Source: Candidatus Aldehydirespirator sp.
GTDB lineage: Bacteria > Actinomycetota > Acidimicrobiia > Acidimicrobiales > Aldehydirespiratoraceae
Assembly: GCA_965219165.1 (NCBI GenBank)
Contig: CBDCMW010000002.1
Location: forward strand, 422,706 to 486,705
Direction: 5' to 3'
DNA length: 64,000 nt
Positions 1 to 9,202 of this stretch are shown piece after piece. The notes below the pieces were generated by a model that was given only the letters and a program-made list of their open reading frames with translations, ran no database searches and was not told the origin of the DNA. Every line of letters begins with the position of its first letter. Position 1 is the first letter of the stretch. The position numbers were made by a program, and so were the translations under genes.

Positions 1-446
1 CCGATCACTACGCGCAGTTCGTGGTGGGAAGCGTGCAGTTGACCACCCGGCTGATCCCCGGTGACTTCCCGAATTACCAGGGGCTGATCCCCGAAAGCCA
101 TCCGAACTGCTTGACAGCTGATCGCGAACAACTGCTGGAGGTGGTGAGACGAGTGCGGCTGCTCGCCCAGGACTCGACGCCGGTTCGGTTGGTGATGAGC
201 GACGGGGGCCTGGAGGTCATCGCCATCACCCATGATGTGGGGAAGGCGAACGAGGCCATGGAGGTTCGCTATGCGGGCGAGGAGCTGACTGTCGCGTTCA
301 ATCCCGGTTACCTCATTGACGGCATCGAAGCGGCCACTGGGGGCGAGATCACGCTGGAAACCGCGGACGCAGTGAAGCCGGCCCTGCTTCGCTCGGTGGG
401 CGACGAGGGCTTCCTCTACTTGCTGATGCCGGTGCGGGTGAGCTGA
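1..446 (+). CDS. dnaN: DNA polymerase III beta sliding clamp, C-terminal fragment (5' end outside window)
   Basis: Frame open from window edge to the TGA at 444-446. C-terminal clamp pattern EELTVAFNPGYLIDGIEA ... FLYLLMPVRVS. Followed by recF in the canonical dnaN-recF-gyrB-gyrA order. Confidence 0.85.
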   Translation, partial: DHYAQFVVGSVQLTTRLIPGDFPNYQGLIPESHPNCLTADREQLLEVVRRVRLLAQDSTPVRLVMSDGGLEVIAITHDVGKANEAMEVRYAGEELTVAFNPGYLIDGIEAATGGEITLETADAVKPALLRSVGDEGFLYLLMPVRVS

Positions 447-480
447 CCGGGCAGGTGGCCGCGAGGCGCTGTCCACCTAC

Positions 481-1608
481 TTGCGCTCGCTCCTAGTTGA
501 GGCCACAGTGCGCGCCTGTTCATTGTCGCTTCTGGACTTCCGGTCCTATGCCCAGGCCGAGGTGGACTTCGCCTCGGGCCTGACCGCCATCGTCGGTGCC
601 AACGGCCACGGAAAGACCAACCTCCTCGAGGCTCTCGGCTTCGCGGCCGGGCTGGGTTCGTTCAGGGGTGCCGCCGACGCGGCCCTCGTACGGGACGGGG
701 CTGACTCGGCCGTGATTCGTTGCTTGGTGCGCACCGACGCCGACCGGGAGATATGGATCGAGGTGGAATTGGCCCGGGCCCGGCCCAACCGACTGCACGT
801 GAACCAGCAGGCGGTGTCGCGCCGCCGCGATCTGCTCGGCGTGCTCACAGCAACGGTCTTCTCGCCCGAGGACCTCGAGTTGGTGAAGGGCGAGCCCGCC
901 GGCCGGCGCCGCTGGATCGACGACGCGCTGGTTGCGGTCCGACCGTCTTGGGGGGCTCTGCGCAGCGAACTGGACCGGATCCTTCGCCAGCGCAACACCC
1001 TGTTGCGGCAGGCACACGGACGCGCTGTGGGCGATGTGGCCATCACCCTGGACGTATGGGACGCGAAGCTGGCTGCTGTGGGTGGCGAGCTCCGACTGCG
1101 CCGCAGTGGTCTCCTGGCCGCGATGTCCGAAGGGATCGGCGGCCACTACGGCCGGATCTCTGGAGGCCGCGGCCGGGCCAGTGCGACCTACGTGTCGTCC
1201 TGGGGGGATGCTTCATTGGCCGATGCGCTCGCCGCGGCTCGCAGCGAGGATCTGAGACGGGCGACTAGCACGGTGGGACCCCACCGTGATGATGTCCTGC
1301 TGCGCATCGGAGGACTGCCCGCCCGCAGCCACGCCTCCCAGGGCGAGCAGAGGTCTCTCGCGTTGGCTCTGCGCCTGGCGGTGGATGCGGAGGTCCGCGA
1401 CCGCCGGGGCGTTGAACCAGTGCTGTTGTTGGATGACGTGTTCTCGGAACTCGACACGGATCGCGCCGCGGCGCTGCTGGAGACGCTCCCGCGAGGTCAG
1501 CGGATCCTCACCGCCGCCGCGGGCCTGCCTCCCGGCATCCGGCCTGACCGGCTGATTCGAGTCGCGGACGGCACTGCCCGTGCAGTCGCTGGTCCCGAGG
1601 TGTGGTGA
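481..1608 (+). CDS. recF: DNA replication/repair protein RecF
   Basis: 375-aa ORF. Walker A GANGHGKTNLLEA, signature SQGEQRSLALALRLA, Walker B VLLLDDVFSELD. The true start may be a slightly downstream GTG. Confidence 0.9.
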   Translation: MRSLLVEATVRACSLSLLDFRSYAQAEVDFASGLTAIVGANGHGKTNLLEALGFAAGLGSFRGAADAALVRDGADSAVIRCLVRTDADREIWIEVELARARPNRLHVNQQAVSRRRDLLGVLTATVFSPEDLELVKGEPAGRRRWIDDALVAVRPSWGALRSELDRILRQRNTLLRQAHGRAVGDVAITLDVWDAKLAAVGGELRLRRSGLLAAMSEGIGGHYGRISGGRGRASATYVSSWGDASLADALAAARSEDLRRATSTVGPHRDDVLLRIGGLPARSHASQGEQRSLALALRLAVDAEVRDRRGVEPVLLLDDVFSELDTDRAAALLETLPRGQRILTAAAGLPPGIRPDRLIRVADGTARAVAGPEVW

Positions 1609-1922
1609 TGGCTCCGTCCGGCGACGACCCCATCGAGCTGGCCGACGCCCTCGAGCGCGTCCTGGGCTCGCTCGACGCGCCCCCGCCGGACCTGCTGTCA
1701 ACCGTGTTCGAGCGGTGGGAGGAAGTCGTCGGGATCGACGTGGCCCGCCACTGCCGACCGGCCGCGGTGGAGGGTGACCGGCTGGTGGTGCTGGCGTCTG
1801 ACTCGGTGTGGGCCAGCGAGGTGCAGTGGCTGGCGGACCGGGTGCTGGCGCGTATCAACGAGATGTCGTCGACCCAACGGCTGCAGTCGGTGACCGTACG
1901 GGTGGCGCCGGTCGCGAACTAG
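1602..1922 (+). CDS. DUF721 (DciA-like) protein conserved between recF and gyrB
   Basis: 106-aa ORF overlapping the recF stop. Position plus the pattern W..VVG...A.H..P..V....LVVLASDSVWASE fit DUF721. Assignment is from memory of the family. Confidence 0.65.
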   Translation: MVMAPSGDDPIELADALERVLGSLDAPPPDLLSTVFERWEEVVGIDVARHCRPAAVEGDRLVVLASDSVWASEVQWLADRVLARINEMSSTQRLQSVTVRVAPVAN

Positions 1923-2152
1923 AGGCCGAATGGCGCGCCGCTGGCCCATGCGCGCTTGGTAGAATCGTGGTGTGATCGGTGGCTCGATGAAGGGCTCTCG
2001 CCCGTTTCGGCGCCCCCGGCTCGCCCGGTCCTCGTCTGCTGTGGCCGGGTCGTGCCAGTGAGTGCCCTCAGCCTCCGTGTTGCTCCCCCGGCAGACCGTC
2101 GATTGAACGTTTCCCGCCCCCGACAGGGCTGCATGAGGAAGGCCGGTTTGAC

Positions 2153-4222
2153 GTGACACCCGATACGACTGCGAGCGAGGCAGCCGTCGAGACCCCTCCC
2201 AGCGACGACACCTCGTACGGGGCGCTGGAGATCACCGTCCTCGAGGGCCTCGAGGCCGTGCGCGAGCGGCCCAGCATGTACATCGGATCGACTGGTCCGA
2301 CCGGCCTTCACCACCTCGTATGGGAGGTGGTGGACAACTCGGTGGACGAGGCGATGGCCGGATACTGCACCCGGATCGATGTGACGCTGCGCGAGGACGG
2401 TTCGTGCGAAGTCGTCGACGACGGCCGCGGCATCCCCGTGGATCCCCATCCCCTCCACGACCAGATTCCCGCGGCCGAGCTGGTGATGACCCTGCTGCAC
2501 GCGGGAGGGAAATTCGGCGGCGACGGCTACAAGATTTCGGGCGGTCTCCACGGTGTGGGCGTGTCGGTGGTCAATGCCCTGTCGGAGCGAATGGAAGTCG
2601 AGATCTGCCGCTCCGGGCAGCTGCATCGCATGACCTTCGTCACCGGCGGCCAGATGGAGGAGGCCCTCGCTGTGCGGGGTCCGGCTCCCGTGCTTGACGG
2701 CGAGACGCGGACCGGCACAACGATCCGCTTCTGGCCGGATGGGACGGTCCTGGAGGATGTGTCGTTCCGGTACCAGACCGTGGCCGAGCGTCTGGAGATG
2801 ATGGCGTTCCTCAACCGGGGGCTGGAGATCCGGGTCCGCGATCTCAGGCCCGGACCGCACGAGCACGCAGAATGGACGTCGTTCCGCTACGAGGGTGGCA
2901 TCGTCGACTATGTGAGCCGCCTGAACCAGTCGAAGGTCCGCCTCTTCGACGCGGTGGGCCATCTTGGTGATGCCGAGACCATCGACGGCAATCCGCACGA
3001 GATCGAGGTGGCGTTCCAGTGGAGCACAGGCTTCAACACCGACGGCCTGCACAGCTTCGCCAACGGTATCTCCACCATCGACGGAGGCATGCACGAGCAG
3101 GGGTTCCGCGCCGCGCTGACCCGGACGGTCAATGCTTACGCCCGCGAGAAGGGCCTGCTCAAGGAGAAGGCTGAGAACCTCCACGGCGAGGACATCCGCG
3201 AGGGTCTCACTGCGATCGTCAGCGTGCGGATCGGCAAACCCCAGTTCGAGGGGCAGACGAAGGCCAAGCTCGGCAACATGTCCATGCGGTCGTTCACGGA
3301 GCGCGTCACCAACCGCCGCCTGGCGGAGTGGCTCGAGGAGCACCCGGCCGAAGCCAGGAGGGCGGTGCTGAAAGCGGTGGCGGCCTCAGCGGCCCGGGAG
3401 GCCGCGGCTCGGGTGCGGTCCGAGGTCCGCTCCAAGTCGCTCTTGGACGGGGCGGGCATGCCCGACAAGCTCAAGGACTGCACGGCGAACGACTCGGCCC
3501 GGCGAGAGTTGTTCATCGTGGAGGGGGACTCCGCGGGCGGTTCCGCGGTGCGGGCCCGCAATCCCGAGACTCAGGCCGTGCTGCCCATTCGGGGCAAGAT
3601 CCTCAACGTCGAGCGGGCCCGCATGGACCGGATGCTCAAGAACAACGAGATTCAGGCCCTCATCGCGGCCATAGGCGCTGGGATCGGCGACCCGGCCGGC
3701 TCCGACGGCGACAGCACCAACGGCAGCTCGGCGGGTGGCCGCGAGGCTGCCGAGGACGGCTGCAACATTGCCAAGGCCAGGTACCACAAGGTGATCGTGC
3801 TGGCTGACGCCGACGTGGACGGGAGCCACATCCGCACCCTGCTGCTCACGTTCTTCTACCGCCAGATGCGCCCGCTGGTCGAGGCTGGCTACGTGTATGT
3901 CGCCCAGCCGCCCCTGTACTCCACCAAGGTGTCGAACTCGAAGACGGTCTATCTGCTCGACGACGCCGCCAAGGACGCGTTCTTGGCCGACAGGCCCAAA
4001 CACACCCGCGAGTTCCAGCGACTCAAGGGGCTCGGCGAGATGGACTGGGACGAACTGCGTTCCACCACCATGGATCCACGGACGCGCAGCCTGCTGCAGG
4101 TGTCGGTGGAGGAGGCCGCCATCGCCGACCAGGTCATCTCGGTGCTCATGGGGGACGATGTGGAGCTGCGCAAGAACTTCATCGTCACGAACGCCCGCGA
4201 AGTCCGCAACCTCGACTTCTGA
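2153..4222 (+). CDS. gyrB: DNA gyrase subunit B
   Basis: 689 aa. GHKL ATPase motifs (HHLVWEVVDNSVDEAMAG, GGLHGVGVSVVNALS), Toprim (ELFIVEGDSAGGSA, LADADVDGSHI), C-terminal KGLGEM. Confidence 0.97.
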   Translation: MTPDTTASEAAVETPPSDDTSYGALEITVLEGLEAVRERPSMYIGSTGPTGLHHLVWEVVDNSVDEAMAGYCTRIDVTLREDGSCEVVDDGRGIPVDPHPLHDQIPAAELVMTLLHAGGKFGGDGYKISGGLHGVGVSVVNALSERMEVEICRSGQLHRMTFVTGGQMEEALAVRGPAPVLDGETRTGTTIRFWPDGTVLEDVSFRYQTVAERLEMMAFLNRGLEIRVRDLRPGPHEHAEWTSFRYEGGIVDYVSRLNQSKVRLFDAVGHLGDAETIDGNPHEIEVAFQWSTGFNTDGLHSFANGISTIDGGMHEQGFRAALTRTVNAYAREKGLLKEKAENLHGEDIREGLTAIVSVRIGKPQFEGQTKAKLGNMSMRSFTERVTNRRLAEWLEEHPAEARRAVLKAVAASAAREAAARVRSEVRSKSLLDGAGMPDKLKDCTANDSARRELFIVEGDSAGGSAVRARNPETQAVLPIRGKILNVERARMDRMLKNNEIQALIAAIGAGIGDPAGSDGDSTNGSSAGGREAAEDGCNIAKARYHKVIVLADADVDGSHIRTLLLTFFYRQMRPLVEAGYVYVAQPPLYSTKVSNSKTVYLLDDAAKDAFLADRPKHTREFQRLKGLGEMDWDELRSTTMDPRTRSLLQVSVEEAAIADQVISVLMGDDVELRKNFIVTNAREVRNLDF

Positions 4223-4241
4223 TCCGGACGGGAGCAGCGTC

Positions 4242-6764
4242 ATGAGCAACGTCACCGGCGAATCCAGCCCCGCGGGTCCCGCGCCCGACGACAATCCGGG
4301 AGTGACCGTCGTCGAGATCCAGGAGGAGATGGAGAGCTCCTTCCTCGACTACGCCATGTCGGTCATCATCAGCCGGGCGCTGCCCGATGCACGCGACGGT
4401 CTCAAACCGGTGCACCGGCGGATCCTGTGGTCGATGTATGACCAGGGCTTCCGGCCCGACCGGGGCCACGTCAAGTGCGCCCGGGTTGTGGGCGACGTCA
4501 TGGCCCGCTTCCACCCCCACGGCGACTCGGCCATCTACGACGCCTTGGCCCGGATGGCTCAGCCGTTCTCGCTGCAGCATCCCCTCATCGACTTCCACGG
4601 CAACTACGGCTCGCCCGAGGATCCACCCGCGGCGGCCCGCTACACCGAGTGCCGCCTCGACGCGTTGGCCATGTCGATGCTCGCTGACATCGGCGAGGAC
4701 ACCGTCGACTTCGTCGACAACTACTCCGGAGACTTCGACGAGCCGGCTGTCCTGCCGGCCCGCTTGCCGAATCTCCTGGTGAACGGCAGCCAGGGGATCG
4801 CGGTGGGCATGGCCACCAACATCCCGCCCCACAACCTCACAGAAGTGATTGGCGCGGTGACGCACCTGCTCGAGCATCCCGACGCCAGCACCGAGAACCT
4901 GATGGAGCACGTGCACGGCCCGGACTTCCCGACCGGCGGGCAGATCCTGGGCCGCAGCGGATTCGAGTCGGCCTACCGCACCGGCCGGGGCTCGGTGAAG
5001 ATGCGGGCCGACGTCACCCTCGCCGAGATCGGCGGCCGCAACGCACTCGTCGTCACCGCACTGCCTTACCAGGTGTCGGCCGGTGCCGTCGCTCGCAAGA
5101 TCGCCGACCTGGTCAATGCCAGGGAGCTGGAGGGCATCGCCGACGTCAACGACGAGTCCTCCGGGGACGAGACGCGCTTCGTGATCAAGCTCAAGCGGGA
5201 CGCCAACCCGGAGGTCGTGCTGAACAACCTCTGGAAGCACACCCCACTGCAGTCCAGCTTCGCCATGAACATGGTGGCGCTGGTGGACGGGGTGCCGCGC
5301 ACGCTCACGTTGCGCGATGCGCTTGTGGCCTACGTCGAGCACCAGGTCGAGGTGGTGACTCGACGCTCGGAGTTCCGGCTGGCCACAGCCCGGGCTCGAC
5401 TCCACATCGTGGAGGGACTGCTGCGTGCTCTGGGAGCCATCGACGAGATCATCGCAACGATCCGGGCCAGCGCCGACACCGGCGCGGCCCGAGCGGCCCT
5501 GGTGGCGGAGCCGTTCGCATTCTCCGAGGCACAGGCCAACCACATCCTTGAGATGGCGCTGTCGCGTCTGACCCGCCTGGGCCGCAGCCAGCTCGAGGCC
5601 GAGGCCGACGAGAAGCGCAGCCTGATCGCCGGCCTCGAAGCGCTGCTGGCCGACGAGCATCGGGTTCGAATGGCGATCCGCGACGAGCTGGGGGAGATCT
5701 CCAAGAAGTTCGGTATCGAGCGCAGGTCGGTGCTCGAGATCGATCCGGGCGAGCTCAACATCGAGGACCTGATCGACGACGACGACTTGGTGTTCACGAT
5801 GTCGGCCTCGGGCTACGTCAAGACGGTGCCCACCGACGAGTTCCGCCTCCAGGGCCGCGGCGGCCGGGGGGTGGCGGGAGCGAAGCTCAAGCAGGCCGAC
5901 AGCGTGATGCACCTGATCCACACCACGGCCCACTCGTACTTGCTGTTCTTCAGCAACCGGGGCCGGGTCTACCGGCTCAAGGCTCATGAGGTACCGGTGG
6001 CCTCGCGCACCGCTCGGGGGAGGTCCATCGTGAACTTGCTGTCGTTGCAGGACGGCGAGCGCATCCAGGCTGTGATCGACACGCGCGACTACGAGATGAA
6101 TCGCTACCTGCTGTTCGCCACGGCCAAGGGGCGGGTCAAGCGAACGAAGTTCACGGCCTACGACTCGTCGCGCAAGGCCGGTCTTATCGCCATCCACCTG
6201 CGCGACGGCGACGAGCTCGTGGCAGTGGTGCCGACCGACGGAGTGCACGACATCCTGCTGTCGTCGCGTCTCGGCCAGACGATCCGTTTCGCGCAGGCGC
6301 AGGTTCGGGAGATGGGCCGGACTGCCGCCGGGGTCATCGGCTTGAAGTTCAAGCATGCCGGCGACTCGGTGGTGTCGTGCGCGGTGGCCCGTCCGGGCGC
6401 GGCGCTGCTGTACGTCACCGCTCTGGGCTACGGCAAGCGAACGCCGGTGGACGCGTTCAACTGCAAGGGCCGCAGGGGTCAGGGAGTGATCGGGTCCAAG
6501 CTGGTCGAGGAGAAGGGTGAAATGGTCGGCACGCTCGTGGTGGACCCCGGCGACGAGATTCTTGCCGTCACCGCCAACGGAGTGGTGATTCGGATTCCAG
6601 TGAATGACGTCTCCGAGCAGGGTCGGGCCGCCGAGGGTGTCAAGGTGATGAATCCCGACCCCGGCGACGAGGTGGTGGCCATCGCCCTCGTTGGCGACGA
6701 CATGAACGGCAATGCCAACCGGGATCTCGATGAGCGACCGGAAGGGGAGCCAGAAGCGCAATGA
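4242..6764 (+). CDS. gyrA: DNA gyrase subunit A
   Basis: ATG at 4242, in frame inside track ORF 3897..6764 and 20 nt after the gyrB stop. DGLKPVHRRILW, HPHGDSAIYDALARMAQ, AARYTE catalytic Tyr region, repeated C-terminal beta-pinwheel blades. Confidence 0.97.
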   Translation: MSNVTGESSPAGPAPDDNPGVTVVEIQEEMESSFLDYAMSVIISRALPDARDGLKPVHRRILWSMYDQGFRPDRGHVKCARVVGDVMARFHPHGDSAIYDALARMAQPFSLQHPLIDFHGNYGSPEDPPAAARYTECRLDALAMSMLADIGEDTVDFVDNYSGDFDEPAVLPARLPNLLVNGSQGIAVGMATNIPPHNLTEVIGAVTHLLEHPDASTENLMEHVHGPDFPTGGQILGRSGFESAYRTGRGSVKMRADVTLAEIGGRNALVVTALPYQVSAGAVARKIADLVNARELEGIADVNDESSGDETRFVIKLKRDANPEVVLNNLWKHTPLQSSFAMNMVALVDGVPRTLTLRDALVAYVEHQVEVVTRRSEFRLATARARLHIVEGLLRALGAIDEIIATIRASADTGAARAALVAEPFAFSEAQANHILEMALSRLTRLGRSQLEAEADEKRSLIAGLEALLADEHRVRMAIRDELGEISKKFGIERRSVLEIDPGELNIEDLIDDDDLVFTMSASGYVKTVPTDEFRLQGRGGRGVAGAKLKQADSVMHLIHTTAHSYLLFFSNRGRVYRLKAHEVPVASRTARGRSIVNLLSLQDGERIQAVIDTRDYEMNRYLLFATAKGRVKRTKFTAYDSSRKAGLIAIHLRDGDELVAVVPTDGVHDILLSSRLGQTIRFAQAQVREMGRTAAGVIGLKFKHAGDSVVSCAVARPGAALLYVTALGYGKRTPVDAFNCKGRRGQGVIGSKLVEEKGEMVGTLVVDPGDEILAVTANGVVIRIPVNDVSEQGRAAEGVKVMNPDPGDEVVAIALVGDDMNGNANRDLDERPEGEPEAQ

Positions 6765-7150
6765 CGGCCCGGGCGAGGCTCGAGCCGCGGGATCTGGGGC
6801 AAGCTGCGCCCCTGATGATCGTGATGTTGTTCGTAGTGATGGGGGCGGTCTTGGCGATGGCCGAGATCGGGCGCCTGTTGAACGAGAGCGCCCAGGCCCG
6901 CACCGCGGCCGATGCGGCGGCCCTGGCCGGCGCGGCTTCAGGGCGCGAGGAGGCTGCGGAGCTTGCAGCAGCCAACGGCGGGGTGCTGCTCTCCTACGAG
7001 GAGGAGAAGCCGGCCGGCGACTCCGATGCGTTGCTGGTGACCGTCGACGTGCAAGTGGGCCGAGCCAGCCGAACAGCCCGCGCCGAACGGCTGGTGGAGT
7101 GGACGGCGCGAGATTCTCGTGAAACTGCGGCCTATCCGCTCGGCCTCTAG
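6761..7150 (+). CDS. TadE/Rv3654c-like small membrane-anchored protein (putative)
   Basis: 129 aa. Its ATG overlaps the gyrA stop (ATGA 6761-6764). N-terminal TM helix (APLMIVMLFVVMGAVLAMA), then AADAAALAGA...AAANGG...VTVDV, as in TadE-like pseudopilin-type proteins. The last ~14 codons lie in a dispersed repeat. Confidence 0.45.
   Translation: MTARARLEPRDLGQAAPLMIVMLFVVMGAVLAMAEIGRLLNESAQARTAADAAALAGAASGREEAAELAAANGGVLLSYEEEKPAGDSDALLVTVDVQVGRASRTARAERLVEWTARDSRETAAYPLGL
7107..7150 (-). repeat. Dispersed repeat family, partial copy (block 1 end)
   Basis: cgcgagattctcgtgaaactgcggcctatccgctcggcctctag matches 28907-28945. It also matches the reverse complement of 48239-48258 and 51525-51545. 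Confidence 0.7.
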
Positions 7151-7183
7151 ACTGCGCGCTCGTCGGAGGGGCCAGGGATAGGT

Positions 7184-7852
7184 ATGAGCGACGAGTCGAC
7201 TTCCGGCGTGGGTGATCAGCGTCCTGGTCCGCCGTCCGGGGACGCCTCGACGCCGGATCCTTCTGCGGTTCCGGTTCCAGGTGCCGAAGCGCTGCTCGGT
7301 CCGCAGCCGAGAGCGGCACCGCGCTCAGCGGTCGGGCGGGCCATGCAGGCCCGGTCCAACCGGCGCCTGCGCGCTCGCCGGGTCCGCCGACTCGTCAGGC
7401 ACGTCGAGCCCTGGTCGGTGCTGAAGGTGTCGTTGATCCTCTATTTCTGTGCTTGGGTGGTCATGCTCTTCGTGGGAGTGACGCTGTGGAACCTGGCTGT
7501 GAACTCCGGCCGCGTCGCCAGCGTCGAGGACTTCGTGGTGGAGTTGTTCGCATTGCAGTCGTTCAAGATCAACGCGGACCAGATCTTCCGGATCGCTGCG
7601 GTCGGCGGGCTGGTGCTGGTCTTGGCGGGCAGTGGGCTGACGGTGCTCGGAGCGGTGCTGTTCAACCTGATCAGCGACGTCACCGGAGGAGTGCGCTTGA
7701 CTGTGGTCGAGGAGGAGACGGCTCGCCCGCGCCCGCGCCGGGCCCGCAGGCGGGTCCTGGTGGCTGCTCCGCTCCCACCCGTCGACCCGGCCGCGGTCGA
7801 GCGGCCCGTGAGCGCAGCGAACAAGAGCGGGAAACGAGGGGGCCGCGGCTAG
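7184..7852 (+). CDS. DUF3566-type transmembrane protein (gyrA-downstream conserved actinobacterial gene)
   Basis: 222 aa. Pro/Arg-rich N-terminus, then TM segments WSVLKVSLILYFCAWVVMLFVGV and AAVGGLVLVLAGSGLTVLGAVLFNLISD and the motif GGVRLTV. Position after gyrA and before tRNA-Ile, as in mycobacteria. Confidence 0.6.
   Translation: MSDESTSGVGDQRPGPPSGDASTPDPSAVPVPGAEALLGPQPRAAPRSAVGRAMQARSNRRLRARRVRRLVRHVEPWSVLKVSLILYFCAWVVMLFVGVTLWNLAVNSGRVASVEDFVVELFALQSFKINADQIFRIAAVGGLVLVLAGSGLTVLGAVLFNLISDVTGGVRLTVVEEETARPRPRRARRRVLVAAPLPPVDPAAVERPVSAANKSGKRGGRG
7798..7832 (+). repeat. Dispersed repeat family, partial copy (block 2)
   Basis: cgagcggcccgtgagcgcagcgaacaagagcggga is near-identical to 48305-48339 and to the reverse complement of 28846-28880. 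It lies inside the 3' end of the DUF3566 ORF. Confidence 0.7.
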
Positions 7853-7866
7853 CGTGGGGCGCCGCT

Positions 7867-7940
<74 letters not shown>

Positions 7941-8128
7941 CACCCCAGCCCGTCAGCCTGAAACCGCCCGGAGGCCGTCTTGGCCGCAGGATTCATCACT
8001 CTGGTCCGCCGGACGTTCGTTGCCGTTGTCGTCGGAATGGCGGTGGCCGCGGCCATCCGGGTACGCGGCCGCGGCGGTGTGCCACCCCATACGGGCGGCT
8101 GGCGCGAGCTGCGGGACGACGAGTTGGC

Positions 8129-9193
8129 GTGACGGTTTCCGATAGCGCGGCCGGCGCGGGGGTCGTCGTGTTCGGCGCCGGCGCGACAGGTGCGCGGATC
8201 GTTCGCATGCTCAGCGCCAGCTCCCGGGTCGGCTCCGTGGAGGTGCGGGACACAGATCCGGCTCGGCTGCAGGAAGTCTCGGGCTCGCTCGGCACGACCG
8301 CGGTGATCGGCCAGGGCATGGCTGTGCCCGACGGTACGGACCTGGTGGTAGTGGCCACGACGACGGGCACCCAGGCCGCCTTGGCCCTGAGCGCGGTGAG
8401 AGCGGGTGCGGCCGTAGTCACAACCACCAACGAGATCACCGAGACCCGCGACCTGCTCGCGATCAACCAACAGGCGGAGCGGCAGGGCGTGCCGCTGGTG
8501 GTGGGCGCCGGGTACATGCCCGGCCTTACCTGCCTGCTGGCTCGCTTGGGCGCTGCAGAGTTCGACACAGTGGACGAGATCCATGTCGCCAAGGCCGGCA
8601 CGGGCGGCCCGGCTTGCGCGCGCCAGCATCACCGGGCCCTCAGCAGCCTCGCCATCGATTGGCGGGACGGTCGTTGGACGCGCCGGCCCGGCGGCTCGGG
8701 ACGGGAGCTGTGCTGGTTTCCCGATCCCGTGGCCGGGCGGGACTGCTACCGGGGCGCGCTCCCGGATGCGCTGCTCCTGGTGTCGGCGTTCCCCGGCGTC
8801 AACCGGGTGACAGCCCGGATGGCGGCCACCCGACGCGACCGGCTGACGGCGCCATTGCCGATGATGCGCCGCCCGCATCCCGAGGGTGCAGTGGGAGCGG
8901 TGCGCGTCGAGCTTCGTGGCTGGCGCAACGGGGGGCGTCACGTGGCGGTGCTCGGCGCCCAGGCGCGTCCGGCGGAGGGCTCGGCCGTGGTGGCCGCTTC
9001 GACGGCTCTGCACCTCATTGACAACGGGATCAAAGTTGAGAACGGGATCAAGATTGACAACGGGATCAAGCCCGGAGCGGCGGGGCTGGCCACCATCGCG
9101 CATCCTGGGAGCCTGTTGAGAGAGGTGACGGCCAGGGGGCTGCGCCCTTGCAGGTTCGAGGGGTTCGCACTGTCACGCGCCGCCGGTTCTTGA
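8129..9193 (+). CDS. Saccharopine dehydrogenase-like NAD(P)-binding protein (putative)
   Basis: 354 aa. N-terminal Rossmann motif VVVFGAGATGARIV, followed by VVGAGYMPGLTCLLA, typical of Sacchrp_dh-type proteins. Contains a 3 x 18-bp in-frame repeat near the C-terminus. Confidence 0.5.
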   Translation: MTVSDSAAGAGVVVFGAGATGARIVRMLSASSRVGSVEVRDTDPARLQEVSGSLGTTAVIGQGMAVPDGTDLVVVATTTGTQAALALSAVRAGAAVVTTTNEITETRDLLAINQQAERQGVPLVVGAGYMPGLTCLLARLGAAEFDTVDEIHVAKAGTGGPACARQHHRALSSLAIDWRDGRWTRRPGGSGRELCWFPDPVAGRDCYRGALPDALLLVSAFPGVNRVTARMAATRRDRLTAPLPMMRRPHPEGAVGAVRVELRGWRNGGRHVAVLGAQARPAEGSAVVAASTALHLIDNGIKVENGIKIDNGIKPGAAGLATIAHPGSLLREVTARGLRPCRFEGFALSRAAGS

Positions 9194-9202
9194 CGGTCCC
9201 CG

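Noticed and set aside
3897-4241. N-terminal extension of the gyrA ORF (track start 3897) overlapping gyrB
   Set aside because: The extension is out of frame with gyrB's real coding sequence and has a Pro/Arg-rich translation. The conserved GyrA N-terminus begins at ATG 4242.
4185-7319. 1044-aa minus-strand ORF antisense to gyrA
   Set aside because: Pro/Arg/Gly-rich translation with no motifs. It lies fully opposite an unambiguous gyrA gene. Long antisense ORFs are expected at ~70% GC.
7941-8128. Expected second tRNA (tRNA-Ala) after tRNA-Ile, by analogy with mycobacterial gyrA-downstream regions
   Set aside because: I read the segment on both strands and found no acceptor/T-arm cloverleaf.
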